From Yuukianura sp. NJ FZ-2021 (taxonomy: Eukaryota): 64,000 nt of DNA. Below the pieces are notes generated by a model. That model did not search any database, was not told the DNA's origin, and was given only the letters and a program-made list of their open reading frames with translations. The position numbers were made by a program, and so were the translations under genes. The DNA is taken from contig CM102286.1 of NCBI GenBank assembly GCA_046563655.1, positions 186,001 to 250,000 of the forward strand. The letters run 5' to 3'. This document shows, one piece after another, positions 1 to 14,499 of the stretch (positions are counted from its first letter, which is position 1; the number at the start of each line of letters is the position of its first letter).

Positions 1-1266
1 CAAAAACAAACAGTGATGGTGGTGGATATGAGAAAACAAAATGGGATAAAGAATGGGAAATGAAATTGAACAAAAACAAAAAGTTTTTAGGTGTTTTGAA
101 TTTGAATTTTGCCGCAAACGCAGAGAAGAGCGGCAGCTGTGGTTGAGACTTGCTTCTCCCATTTTAAAATGTTCAAACAATAAAAACTTGTAGTACTTTT
201 ATTTATGCATTGACGCCACTAACCTTTCAACAAGCGATGAGTTACTAACTAAACTGCATTTAAATTAAAGTTGATTGTGGAAAAAATACTTTTGTTTAAG
301 TGTTGACTTGAATGCAAGAGTTTTTATTCATCTTAAAATTCCAAGTTAGTATGCTGACTTGGATTGAAACATTTAAAAACAGCGTGGAAGTAATATGCTT
401 ACATCACAATACTAATACGGGTGGTAATTAATACTTTTTAAGTATAATAAACTTAATTCTTAAACACTTTACTTTTAACAAACTGTTTACCAAAGCTAGA
501 AGTTAGGATCTGCTTAAAGTTAGTTCAGTGTATAAAACTTTGTAGAATAAAGTCACATATTTTAGATTACAAACTTAATGTTTTATCAAACATGTTAATT
601 AAATTAAAATAGGAAGGTTGTAAAACGGAGAGCTGATAGTTTTTAACAGTAAAACAAGAGCAACTAATTTCTTAAATTAGTATATGATTTGCTTTGATTG
701 AAAGTGATATTGGCAGCAGTTTTAAAATTTTAAATTATTGGTACTGTTTGTGGTAACATTGCATATTTTTGTGTTAAGTTGGGCGGAATTTTGAAATGAA
801 AGTGTTTTTTCGAAATGGCCGCTTCAGTATTAGTTGTTGTGCTCCGAAAAGTAATTGACATGGACAGTTTGTGACAGCAATTGTAGTTACAAATTGACAA
901 TTAAATACTTAAACGTTAAAGTTACAATAATTAAAAATCTCAGTTTACATTCATTTACACTTGCGTTGTGTAGATTCCTGACTTTTAACATTCACTTAAG
1001 TTATGCTAAAAGTTTTAAAATGTATACAAAAGTTATGCATTTTGTGCTGAACAATTCCAGAGATTCTTTACAATTGCAGATCAGTTTGCCTTCCCTTTGC
1101 TAAACTCAAAAATAAAGCCCTAACAATAACATTCCAGTTCAGATCCAAGTTACAAGTCTACAACGTAACATATAACCCTAACATCGTAACCATCGTAACC
1201 ACCGTAACTTATGACAAGCCAGCATGGTTACGATGGTTACCACCACTACTAAAGCGGTGGTGGCGA

Positions 1267-4200
1267 CTACTTCTTGGGGCTGCCATTCAAACTTCCCTTT
1301 GGACTTTTGTTTCCTTCGTCCAAAACATTTTGTCCGCCGAGAGGAACTACGCCCACGATTTCTGCGTACTCCGTTTTGTCGTCCACGCAACGCACAACTG
1401 GCTTCCCACCACCCGTCTCGTTGACCAAATCCAGCTCTGCATACACGATATCCTCTGCCTTCTTCTCATGCGGAGACTCTATAGCAGCAACTCCCTCTTT
1501 CTCACTCTAGAAACCAAAATTTTGAAAAGTTAAAAAAATTTCAAAATTTCAAAATTTGGAAAACATACTTTGGTGGGATCTTCCTCAGCGGCTGGAGTCG
1601 TTTTGTCCTTCTTTTTGGCAACCAAGTTTTCGTAGATGGCGCTAAGACGAGAAGACAAGCTTTGTGTCACGGTGACTGGCTTCTCCTCTGCGCCGACTCC
1701 AGCCCCACTCTCTCCATCCATACTATGAATGGAAATAAATATATTAATTAAAATAACTTATTTAATTGACATTTAATTTATATTAATTTAAATAATTCGA
1801 ATCTTACCGCTCCTTTTCTGATGCCGTTCCGTCATCTCCTGGAAAAAGGGAAACAAAATATTTAAAATGGAAAATTTTAAAATAAAATGACTCCCACCAA
1901 AGAGTGCTTGACTATTTAAATTTCACAACTCATTTTATTATACTTTGATTATTCAAATAAGCTAAATAACAAAGTTAAGCTAAAATTGATTAATAATATA
2001 AAAATTTGCTGATTAAGTATTACTTAAAAGTAATTAAATTAAAAATTTGATCATGAGTCTTTGAGAACTTCAGCGTCAAGGTGGGAATTTACGCCCACAT
2101 TATGTGTTTAAGACCACAAATTTCTGTTACCATAAAGGGGAACAAGAAGGCAAAGTCTGACATTTCAAAAAATTGAGAGCTTTTACAATATTTTAAAATT
2201 TTAAGTAAATATAATAATCTTAATTATAAATCTGATAATGTTGATTATAAATTATAATTACAAAGTCAACTTGAAACTTATTGTATACCCCCAGCTTAAA
2301 GAAAAAACATCACCCAGAGTTGGCACATTTCCAAAAGAATTAAAAGTTGTTTTTTAAAACTATTCCTAACCTAACCGAACTGAAATTTTTAAGTTGAGAA
2401 ATTGCAAAAGACAATCTGAACATACCCCATTTTGAATTAGTTTAAATATGTTAAATTATTTACATATTATATTTTAGTGCTTCACTTTCAAAGCCAACAA
2501 AATATTAAGCTGCCACATTGAATGATCAACTTCAAAGTTTTAAAAACTGGAAAATAAATTGTGGAAAGTAAAAAATACTGAACGGAATCCTGCCTGTGCT
2601 TATTTTATGCCGAACGCTGCTTTTTACACCAAAACTTCACAAAATTGAATTTGGAACTACGTGTGGCAGCATTTGAGCGCGAAATCGAAATGCTTTATAA
2701 GTTTTCAAAATTTTAAATTTTAAACAGGGCTGTCCTTGACTGGTCGTCCCACTCCATTTTCATAATTAAGAGCCACTTCATGGTCGTCCATTGGTGGGGG
2801 TGGGATGGTGGGTGCTGGTGGGGCGTTAAAATTTCCGTTGAGCGGTGGGGCATTTGAGTTTCCGTTGACATATTTGCCACCATTGTGGTGGAGCGGTGGA
2901 GTTTCTGATGGCGGTGGATATCCGTCGTCATGGTTACCCGGGTTTTCGTTCCCACCGGATTCTCCCATGTCGGAGTTTGGTCCAGGAATTTTTGCTGTCG
3001 AATGCGAATCCTCTCCAATCCCTTTACGTTTTACAATCAAAATATTCATTGAGAAAAACTCAAAATTTTGGCTCGAAAATTTCAGTTTTTGTTAGAAAGT
3101 TAGTTTCTTGATGCGAAGTTTTTAAAAAAGCGATTAGGTCAAGAGCCCTCTGCCGATCGTCACAAAATATGAATTACATTTTGACCAAAGTGAAAACTTA
3201 ACAAATGAAAGTTAAAGTTAAAGTCGAAATATTTTTTTTTTAATTTTTAAAACGGCACAAACTGGATTAAAGATTTTGAGTTTTTCTCAATTTCCATAGT
3301 TTTTGTAACTTAGCAAACTAAGGCCACGCACCTTTAGTCTTAAATTGATTAGTCACTTATTTAAAATTTAAAACAAAACTTATTCCAAATTTCAAAATTG
3401 TGCAAAACCACCAAAAATTAAAACTAAAAAGTATAAGTTCTTTGGTCAAACATGCAAATCATAAACAGAACAAAAAGCATGCAAAAACGACAAAGTAGGT
3501 GAAGCAGATTTTGAGAAATTTTGAAAACAAAGTTTATCAAAATTTACAAAGTTTCCCAACACATTCTAAAGGTAAGTTTTTGCATAATTAATTACAGTTA
3601 GTAACCTTGTACTCTTAAATTAGTCTTAACTTTGCAGTGTGAGTTGGTGTGATGTAGCGGGTAAATTTAAAAGTGAAATGGCGGGAGATTTGAAAGTAAG
3701 CGTTTTTCGTGTTCCTATTTGCAACATAATTATAAGAAATCAGGAATTTGAGTTTCACCTTTGAAACAAAGCAGGCCTCGTGCCCTGGCATAGACTACAA
3801 CCACCGCAATTAGGATGAGGAGAGCAGGAATCCCCAGCACAAGACCCACGATCCCACCGGCACTCAACCCACCTCCTGAAATGTCAAAAACACAAGTTAG
3901 CACTTTTTAGCACTTTTCTACATTGTACATGTCAACTTTGACCTCACCTGAAGCAGGGTCATGCGAAGAAACACGCAGGTCAAAAGTAGCATTTCCATAC
4001 AAATTGGAAGCATCCAGTTTGTAGATTTTGGCTAAATCTTCTTCCTCAAAGTTCTTAATCAAAAGACCAGCAGCGTACACTCCAGGCTACACAAATCACA
4101 AAGTAGATTACAAACTCATTTCAAAATTTCAAATTTTTTTCAAAATTTTGAAAAGTGGACTTACTGAGATTTGTACTAGTTTGTAGGCCGTGTACTTGTC

Positions 4201-7200
4201 TCTGGTTTGCATGGGAAGAATGGCGGTATTTCCCACATGCCAAACAAGTTTGTCTGGAATTGGGTTGGCAGAAATATTTACTGTCAAAGTCACGTCTCGA
4301 CCCATCTCTGGCACAAACTTCGTCAGCATCGCTGAGTCAGCTTTAGGGCCGTCTATAGACAAAATCATTCCATTTTTTAAAAAGTCCTTTTTGAAATTTA
4401 TTGGTTCTTGAAATTTTAAAACTTACAGTTGACGACTATTTTGTGAGCGACTTCCTTCTCGTCGCTGTCCGAGAGGGCTTCGTGGACGAGGACACAGCGC
4501 AGGTCTTTTCCGTTGTCGCTTGAAGTGAACTTGTGCCCTGTCAGTGTCTGGTGGATCCAATTGTCTCCGTTGTGCATTGTACTCTCAATTGGGTCAAGAT
4601 GATCAAAGATTTCTTCATTTCCTGTTTAAAATAATAACATTTTAAGACAAAATTTCAAAATTGAATTTTGAAATTTCAGATTGAGGGACTTACCGATGTA
4701 CCACTTGAATTTTGGTGGTGGTTGGCCTCCATGTGAGCCGCAAGTGACGCTGACCTTGACATTGCTCTCCTCCGGGTCACTCAGATTCTTAATTTGATCC
4801 ACGTTCGTTGAGAAGGCTGGCTTATTTGGTTTTTCTAAAAAAACAACAAAAGAAATCAGAATAAGAAGTTAGCTGAAAACTTTAAAAAATTTCCGCGTTC
4901 TTTGAAGTTTTTGAAATCCTGTTTTCCAAACTTTTTAACACAATGTGTTAAAAAATTAATCAGACATTTCATTTCATCAGGAAACGATAAATCAAAAATT
5001 GGATTTCTAAACCCAACTTGCGCAACATTTTCCACTTTTAGTCCAATGATGCGCATCTTTCAATTTCGTCATACTTTATCATAACTTAACACAGCAACTA
5101 TCATAACAACTCAACTTTCTATAAGGTTCCAATTCAATTTTTATAAAAGCAAAGCTTTTTCCAGAAATGTTAAAATTTTTTATTTCTGATTTCCTAATTT
5201 CGTTTGGATTTGGGGAGAAAGTATGTCACAGAAAATGTTGTTGAAAATTGGTGATGATTGTAATTTGCGCCTGTAGAGCGGAAGAATTTGAAATGACAAG
5301 ACACGAAGATCATCAAATTCCTGAGGGATGCTGCAAAAAGTGATCTGTGTGGAAGATGAGGCGGAATTGCGAGTAAGACGAGAGCAAGAGAGAACAATCA
5401 TGTCGAGAGATGAGCAACGGAGATACGCACAATCGACTTTTTAGTCGTCTTCTTTAGCACTAAAAACTTGAGCATCATCTTCTTTTATAAGGCCAACAGG
5501 ACAAGGAATGCAACAATAAAAAAATACGCCGCAGGGCAAAACAACCTCATCGTTACATGCCCAATCATTATTGGACCAAAGTCATCAAAATTCCGTCAAT
5601 TCTATCAAAATCATCAAATTTCAAAGAACGATTTTTTTTAAAAAAAGTTGGTTAACTTACTGAGAATGCCGACCCTGACGTCTCCCTGGAAGAGATATCC
5701 CTTGAACGTGATTAGTTTGCAGTTCCACACAGAGTTGTCGTCCTCCTTGACGTTTTTGATGAGCAGTCCGCATACGCCTGCGTCAAATCCTCCTCCGACG
5801 TAGCCGTAGGCAGAGTTTGACGTCGTTCCTGCGACTGCGTAGTCTGAGTTGATGTTGACCGTCAATTTGTCGTTTTGACGCTCCCAAATGCACGAGATGA
5901 TCGGCACTCCGTTGGAACCACAAGTCAAGTTAGCAGGAGTCCCAACTTTAGCAGCAATTTCACGTTCGGGAACATTCGCAGGAGAGGTCAACTGCGATTG
6001 GACGAGAGACGACAGTCCTAAAAACACAAAAAAAGTGAAAAAGTGTTAAAAATTTCGAATTACAACTCTCATTTCAATAATCGAAACAAGAACTACAACT
6101 GTTGTAGTTGTGATGATGTCGGCACGTATTTGTGCCACTTTTTTCTTGTATGGACCAGAACGAGTTCAAAAAAACAGAAAAAAAATGAAGTTTTGAGTTG
6201 TTTACTTTCAGTTGATTTTGAAATTGGGAAAATTATTGGCGATGTTTGAACAAAATGGATGATGGACAAATGGGTTTTGGTGGCGGGAGTTTGTTTTGAT
6301 GATTTTCAACTGTTCTTTTTTCTAAATAAGCGGTTGGTCTGATTAGTTGGTTGTACGTGTCAGAGGCACAAGTCATAAAATTATACACTTTCAAATGATA
6401 CGAGGTGCAACAGTACGCGCCATTGCTCATGCTCACAAATCATTTTTATGGACTTGTTTTTGAGACTGATCAATTTTTACGCCGCAATTTGAAAGTTCAA
6501 CTCCTTTTTTTTTAAATTTGGAAGGTTTGGTGAGAAACTGTGAATTTGAAATTGTGAAATTGATGAGTTGGAGCGGAGTTTAGTGGAGCAGAATACTTTG
6601 ACACTTTGAGTAAACTTTCTAATGGACTGGCAAACCACAACCACAACTTGAGTCTAACTGATCTGTGTCATCTCCCATCTCACCATGGGAACACAATCAA
6701 TCTTCCTAAAAAGGTCAACAGGGCAACACTCTGCCAAAATTCAATTCAATTCTCAACTAAGTCACGTTATGGTTTTAATGTTAACTGGGGGTACCATCAC
6801 TCGCTTTAAAGTTTACTTCAACCCGTTTTCCTAATTTCAACTTCCAGAAATTCAATGCATCCGCATCTTTTTCTGTTAAATTCTTCTTTGTGTCAAAATG
6901 CTAAACAACTTTTGGCATCGAATTGCCAAAAGTGTGCAAAAAAATATTGCTTATTGAAAAAGGGAAGTTGAAGGAGAAGAGTAGAACAAAAAACAATAAA
7001 AGTAAAGTGGCACTTTGCAAACGAGTTTCCAACGTCTGTTTTCACGCAAGTCTGTTGACAGAAATATGTTAAAGTTCATGCGTGTTTTTTGAAATGTATT
7101 TTTTTGAAATGTGAGTTTTGAAATTCGTGTTCTGAACAGAAAGTGTGTAAAAGGCCTTGTGCTACAAAAATATTTGTGTAAAGGGTGAATGAGCTGACTA

Positions 7201-10200
7201 CTGTCACCCCTGGCAACCTTGGTGTTTAGTCACCAAGGGAATTAGGATTAATGACTTCATTAACACCGCAAGTGACAACCTCCCGCACTACAAGCACAAC
7301 TCTCCATCATTATAAATTAGCACAAATCATGATTTTAAAAAAACATCATCCAAAAATACATTTTGCATTCTGTTAACCTCAAAATTGCACATGAATTTGC
7401 AAAAATGTAAAAGTTGGCATTCTAAAAAGAACAAAATGCCCATTTGAATTTAAAATGACTAATTCAGGACAAGTTCCACATTTGAGTTTTGGTTGAAATT
7501 GAATTAGTTGTCTTCCCTTGGGGTAATTACTAATGAATTACTGAACTTAAAGTAATTGTCATTTGGTGTAAGGGCCAATTTGTACATTTTGCAAAATTTG
7601 CACGATATGCAGGAATAAGCTCAAAGTCAAAGGAGACAATTGAGAATTAAACGAAAAAGTGGAAAATTCGCCACTCATTCACTTTGCTAATTTGCCAAAA
7701 ATTTGCAAAATCCTGACTCACCAGTTCCTGCTGTAAAGGTGACTAATGGCGCCACTTTTTTATGAAAATGACAATAAAAACTTCTCAGACATGAATTAAC
7801 GTAGGAGTGGAAAATTTTTTAAAATGAAATTCCTGTTGACCTCTCGTGACCTTTGGCTTTAGCCCCGCGGCGGGAGAAAAAGAAAACAAATTTTTTGTGA
7901 ATTGTTGATACTAAAAAGCGTAATTTGAAAAACTAGTTGCGTAATTACTTAATTGTTGTAAAATGGGTTAAATTGTGCTCTAATTCGGGTGGGAATGGTA
8001 ATAATTTTGCGTTTCCTTTCCGTGCGAACCCTCACTGTTATTTTCATTTGACACAAAAACATGAGTGTTTTTTAGAAAAGTGCTGAAGATGACTCTGCTT
8101 AAAAGTCTTTTGTTGTGCTAAAAACAGGAAGTTAAATTTTCACAACGTTATTTAAATGAGACGTTGGAGTGAGTAATCCATGCTACAATTGTGCACTGTA
8201 GTTAAATCCTTACAACACAAACATAGACTTGGGAGTAACAATTTGCAACGTTTTAAATCACGAGGAACGTGAGGTTACCAATCGTGCAAAAAATTTGCAA
8301 ACAATATCAAGAATATCAAGAAATTTGAGCCTTGAGGCCATGAGTTGTCAAAGTGAAAAATGCAAAGGTCAACTTGACCTCAATCATGTCAAAGTCAACG
8401 ATGCAAAAAATTATTATCAAAGTTCCAGAGTGCGGAAATGACTTCAAACAGCCAAAACGTCAATAAATGTCTGCGGTTTGGTGGTTTTATTTTGAAAAAG
8501 TTGATCACTTTGGGTACGTAATTTGACAAATGGAAACAACTCAAAAAGAGTAACACCATTACCCAATTCTCATTCTCCCAAAACCGTTTTTTTTTCACAG
8601 TTGTGGTTTAGTTTTTGAAAAAATCAATTCAAAATATACCAAGTTCGTAACAAAGTTTAAACAATTTAAATTTTTCAACGCAACAATCACGAAATTGTTC
8701 AACTTTTTGCTCAATGAACACTTTTTAAAAAAAATTACTCAATGAGTTCATTGTTCGAAAAGCAAAACTTTGTTTGAAATTGACGTTGACGATGAGCGAT
8801 GACGGGGGCAGGTGGAGCTTGTCTTCTCCATTACCAAAAGTGTAAAGTTCAATGACAATTTAAATATTTGATTTCGCACTTCCTCGCACCCATTCTGCAA
8901 CATTAGCTTTTCCACTTCAACATTTTAAAATGATTTGTTTGGGTGCGTTTGTGAGGATCTAATGCTAAAAATAGAATGTTCCAAGAATTTCTCAAAACAA
9001 ATAAAATGTCAAAGGCGTTTCTCAACACCTCCCTTGCGTTTCAGCCACACTTCCTCCAAAGTTTAACACAAAATTAGATTTTGAATTTCAACTTCCCGCC
9101 GTTGGAAACAAAGAACAGACTTTCCTCCACTTCCGAATTTTAAAAACATTTTCAATTTAGAAAAGTGGAACATAAGACAAGAAAGAGGCAAAACACGACT
9201 TAAAAAGAGTTTTGACAATTGGTCCATTTGTCACACCAAAAGTTTTCACGAAAAAGTTTTCAAAAGAAATTCAACGTCAAGTTTTCCATTCATCAAATTT
9301 AACAACGAAAATTTTTTTCTGAGAAAATGATCAAAAAATGAGCAGCCTAAACAAACGAGTTTTTCTATGAAAATCCATTTGCTTTTTAACAATTTCTCAA
9401 AGACTCAAATTCTGTTGATTTATCCTGAGGACTAAAAAAGTAACTACTGGAACAAGTTTGTGTATTTTTTCAAAGAGAATTTTTTTTCGGAGGGTCAAAA
9501 TGTTACTCAAACAGAAACTTTTTTGAAAAGTTGATTTAGGATGTGAGTTGGGGGGTTGATGTAAATTTTGTTGAGTGAACATGATGTTGAATCTCATGAG
9601 TCTAAATGACACAAAGTTAAGTGGATGAGGGAACTTCACTTTTTCAAATTTAGCTTTTTAAAACTTTTTTGTTTGTCTGTCTGTCTCTCCAAGTACTATT
9701 TGAAGTCATGTCATTAAAGCGGTGGGTCGTAAACACTTTTTAGTTTCAACAAATTACGAACCTCAACGTAAGAAACTTCATGGAAGACAGAATTTTGAAA
9801 AATCCCATGATGAGGTTTTTACATTTCAAATGTTTTTTACAAGACGTTGAAAAGGAGTTCACTAAAAATAAGAATAAAGTTTGTTGCAACAAACCAATTG
9901 TGAAGTGCATTGCACTGTAACGAATGCTGCTCCCAACAGTTTTCGAAATAGGAACTATACAAATGCTAAACACAAAAGAGATCAACACACTTTTTGTCAA
10001 AAACGATTTTCTAAAAAGTAACCATTTTGTTCTAAATTTCAACCAAGTATATAGAGTAACTGCTGCTAAAGTGAGTCATTATGCTTTAGAACGTGGGTGA
10101 AGAAATGACAGGCATTTTTTTTTATTTAGCTTACAATTGACCAATTTGCAATTTGAATTTTTACTTTTGAGTGAAAAATTGCGGAAAAATGAAAATTTAC

Positions 10201-13200
10201 ACTAGAGTAAACGGGCTAAGAATTGACTCACGACTTGTGTGCTTTCCTACTTTCCACTCTTTTAGGTTTTGATTTATTTTAGTCTTTTGATTCTTACTGC
10301 GGATGTGTTATGAATGTCAAATGATAAAAAATGTAGGAATGTGACACTTTCTCTTTTTAAATTGTCCCTCCACCTTACTTTTGTTTTTAGTAGATCAAAA
10401 TTTAAATTTGGACCAAACGGAAAACCAGCAAAAGAGGAAATTGAATTTCAGGTGGCACTAAAATTCTAAAATCCGTAATTCAAATGAAGTAAAAGTTGAG
10501 GTTCGGGAAGGAAGTTGTTTTTTTGAGAGCGGGAAGATAGAAATCAAAATTTGAATTTAGTTGAACGTCCCGCGGCAGAGCAGCAAGGAAGAAGAATGTT
10601 GTGGAAGGAAGTGGATTCATTTCCATTGTTTTTGGTCGACTGACTGTACTTAAAGTAAGAATGTACAGCATGGCTCAGAAGTCGGTTTGGCAAAAAGTCT
10701 ACTCAAAATATTCCTAATGTTCAGAAGACAGAGCCTGAAGTTGTTGAATTGTCGTGACTTGAGGACGTTGAGTGGCTGACACACTTTGAAACAACGGTTA
10801 AACATTATGTTTCATGTGGATTTAACATTAAGCTTCTCATCTTTTTTTCAGCACAAACTTTAATTTTTGGGCCAATTAGGAACTCAGCAAAAATGAAAAC
10901 ATGAGCACGGCAGGGCATGAATTTTTAACATTACACAAAATGAGTTACCACAAACTATGCTACAACCGAGCAAAATTTCAAAATACTTTTCAAAAATAGA
11001 CTAAAAATAACAGTTTTGAATTTGTGCAATTTAAAAATGAAGTGACTTTGAGACGATTTTGAAGTAAACCCATTATGCCAAAAAATGAGCACACAACCAC
11101 CCCTGGCTGCCACTCAAAATTTTTTGTCAAATTAAAACCAAAACCAAAGGAAATCGTTCCAAATCCTCTTTTGTGTGACAATTCCTCACTTCCGTCAATT
11201 TTGAAGTTTTTTCAAAATTTGAAGTTTGTGAGAGTGTTTTTTGTTTAAAAATTGTGCTGGTCCTAATTGAGCATAGTGAGGCCTTTGTGCTAAAAAGCTG
11301 TTTGTGTTCATTTGTAAAAGTAGAAGAGACATGACTGAGAGTAGGAGAGTGGTCAGAGTAGCGGTAAATTTGAAACTGGGCATGTCAGAATGCAGATTTA
11401 TGCACAGATCATGTGATTAATTAAACTAAATAGTGAATTCTTCAGCTAAAACGGCTTCTGCCATTGGCCGAAATTAGCCACTCGTATGATGAATTCAAAC
11501 TTTTCATAACTTTCATAACTTTTGACACTTTCTGTACTTGCACAGAAAGTGTTGATGACTGTAGGTCACGGTTAAAAAGTGAGTAGGAGGTTGAGAAACG
11601 GTGAATGGATTGCAAAAGTTTAAATTTCAAGAGATGATGATGTCGCACATGCTAATTTATCAAGTTCAGAGACGCATGCACACATACATTTTTTTTAAAG
11701 AAAATGAGGTCACTGACGAAATAAAAGATGATGAGTAAGAGAACTTTAAAAATCGTCGTTGAATGCGGAAGATGGAGAAATGACTCACTAGAATTCATAA
11801 CTAATCAGCTAAAACTTAACTTCTTCCAATCCACAGTCTAACATAAGCATAACTTAAAAGAAACTTTTAGGTTAGAAATCCTAATGACTTGATTCTAATA
11901 AGCTCATCACTCACAACTCAAACTGAGTCACACTTAACAATGAGTAATCAAAAGTCACTCGATTGTTTTACGAAAAGAATTACTAAATTTACTATTCGCC
12001 GACTTTAATTTCTTCGCTTAAACAAAAAAAAACTACAACATAAAAATTAGACGGCGCTAAACCTAACAAAGCTACAGCAAAAAACAAAACAGAAAATTAT
12101 TTTTTTGACGTTTTTTTTTAATTTTAGCCTGTTGAGCTCTGCTTGAATTTTGTAAATTAAAAACGCTCATTGCTGGATATGTTGAGAGATGATAGACGAT
12201 TAAGTGGATTGAATAAGCTACTTAAAGGCATTAAGAGAGTCAATTAAAGTCTGACTACCATTCCACAATTCCAGAAGTGGATCGGTGGATCCGTTCCATA
12301 AGTGGAAGTGTGGATCAGTGGCCAATCTTCAAAATCTGCCGCTCAGTAGCCCCATACAGTAGCAGGGAGCCATTACAACGCTCAGATCCCAAGGATAAGG
12401 CAGCGACAAGAACAAAAGAAAAAGCCTTTGTTCAAAATTATTTTCAGAGGGGCCCTTAAACCTAAAAAAAGTTGCCGGCGGGAAGTTTTTTTTTTGAAAA
12501 TGGAAAAGTACCCTCCTGTGTGGAAATGAAGATGCCCCTTTCAGCGACACAACAGGTAGGAGAGCCCTTAAATTTCAAACTTCCCTCCAACTCACGTTTC
12601 ACCTGAATTACATTTCCACTCCCATATTTTTTCAACGGTCGAAACTACAACAGTTAACAAAAAAACTGAAAAGGAAACGAAGGAAACGAATGACTTTTTT
12701 TTTTTAAAAGTGCTTGGGGCAAAAGCCCTCAAAATTTGAAAAGCTTCCATCTGCCTCATGCTTTTCAATCCAACTTCCCATGCTCAATCTTTTGTAAAAA
12801 GGCGGCAGATGCGAACCGAGCAAAATCAAAAACGAAAATTATACACACAGAACGACATTGACAATATTTACTTTTCAATTGTTGTTTCGTTCACGGATTA
12901 CGTCATGTCCATGTCACCCTCATCCACCCAAAAAAAAATGTTCCTGAATTCAAAAAAGTTCGAATTTCAAATTTCAATTTTTAGCACAAATCTTCCTTGC
13001 ACAAGAATCGTCCGTGATTGGTGGTTATCAAATCAGAAAGTACGTCTGCACATGTTTCACAGTTAAAATGATTTGCAATTTTTGAAAATGTGGAACAGTT
13101 GAAAATTCAGTTGTAGCGAGAAAACAATTTATAAATTTCGTATGTCCATATAATTACTATGATTTGGGAGGCATTGCCTCCTTCACTGATCCTCATAACT

Positions 13201-14499
13201 TCCTTTTCAACTTTACTTTTTTTCCCGCGGCAATTCAAACTTGTTTTTCGATGTACAATGTGCATTTTGTACCTGTAAGGCACCACTATTTAACAATTCT
13301 GCAACAAAATGGTAGATTTTGCATTCAATTTCTGTACTTTTGAATTTTGAAAAGAGTAATTGTGCGTATGATTTTTGGATTTGTGGTTGGCTGACATGCG
13401 CAGTTTAAAAAGTGTAAAGTGTGTCACAGGATAAGCATCACTTCAAATGACGTTAAGCCGATTCCAAAAGGATTTGAATTTAAAAAGAAATCACTTCCCG
13501 CTTCACTTGAGAGCGGTGAGCGCACAACTCTAAATTTTATGATTGGTGAGCACAAATGTCTAAATCTTATGACTTTCATCGGCGTGGCGGAAGTTTTAAG
13601 CGTTTGCTTCGCTTGGCGGAAACTTTTGAAACTTTGAGATTTTAGAGCAGGAAAAAATTTAAACAAGGAAAAGTAAACGATGGGTTTCCGCTCTTTCCCC
13701 GCGTAGAGATAAAATCTTTAAAATAATTGGAGCCGCTAAACTTTAAATTGGATTCAATTTGGACGAAAAATCACAACGAAGGGGAAAACGTCGTGAGTTT
13801 TAAAATCTTTTAAGTTTTGGCGCGGTTTCTAAAATGTTTGGAGTTAATTAGGATTTAGAAGAAAAGCCGGCGGAATTGCATAACTTTAAGAGTTTTAGGA
13901 ACGTCTTACAAACTGCAAAGTGTGCTGAATATTGCTCAAGGGGCAAGTAGTTTATAGTTGACTAAAGTAAACAATATTTTATCAGTGGAGAAGAGGAATG
14001 GCAAAGGTTGAAGACTGCTTGAATTGTAAATTTAGCCGCTCTTTTAACACTAACAATTGTAAGCACAACTCACGAGAGTTCAACCACCGCTAATAACACG
14101 GAAATGAACTTCCCTCCAAAATACCTCAGTCAATTCTACATTGAGAGGGTCAATTAGATTCAGTTGACAAACAAACACTCACATAAAACCTGATTCCAAT
14201 GTAAAATGGCTGTTAAAATGTACCGGATGTACCAAAATATAGTTTTAACTTTTAACAAAAGTTTTAATTTTAAACCAAAACATTACTCACTCCCGAAGAC
14301 AAAAGTAAGCGTCTGACGTAAAATTCAGTTCCAAGAATTTTCTAATTTGAGTTCAAGTAAACAACCGCTTTGAACTTTTAAAGTTTTAAGTGCGTCAAAC
14401 CACAAGAGGAAAAAGTATGAAATTGTAATTTTGAAATTGTGTTTGTGTCTTACCGGCGATTAGAAGAGCCACTTTCCAGTGATGCCTGCTAGAGTCCAT
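1267..14499 (-). CDS. Fas3: Fasciclin-3-like Ig-superfamily adhesion protein (signal peptide, 3 Ig-like domains, TM, alternative cytoplasmic tails)
   Basis: Phase-consistent GT-AG exons: 14499-14454 (MDSSRHHWKVALLIA), 6017-5661 (Ig: LTC..CIW..C.LLIKNV.EDDNSVWNC), ~4834-4695, ~4621-4428, ~4353-4166, ~4087-3948, TM exon ~3876-3759 (GIVGLVLGIPALLILIAVVVVYARARGLLCFK, resembling the Fas3 xARxxGxWCF juxtamembrane motif), then tail exon 3021-2720 or exons 1838-1808/1722-1569/1506-1267 (IVYAELDL...DKTEYAEI). Confidence 0.85.

Noticed and set aside
1252..1269. Stop-codon read-through of Fas3 driven by the adjacent hairpin
   Set aside because: Read-through would add only ~5 residues before another TAG.
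6043..14400. Many 60-100-aa ORFs in Fas3 intron 1
   Set aside because: Low-complexity F/K/L/N-rich translations of AT-rich DNA, mostly with non-ATG starts and no splice or motif support.
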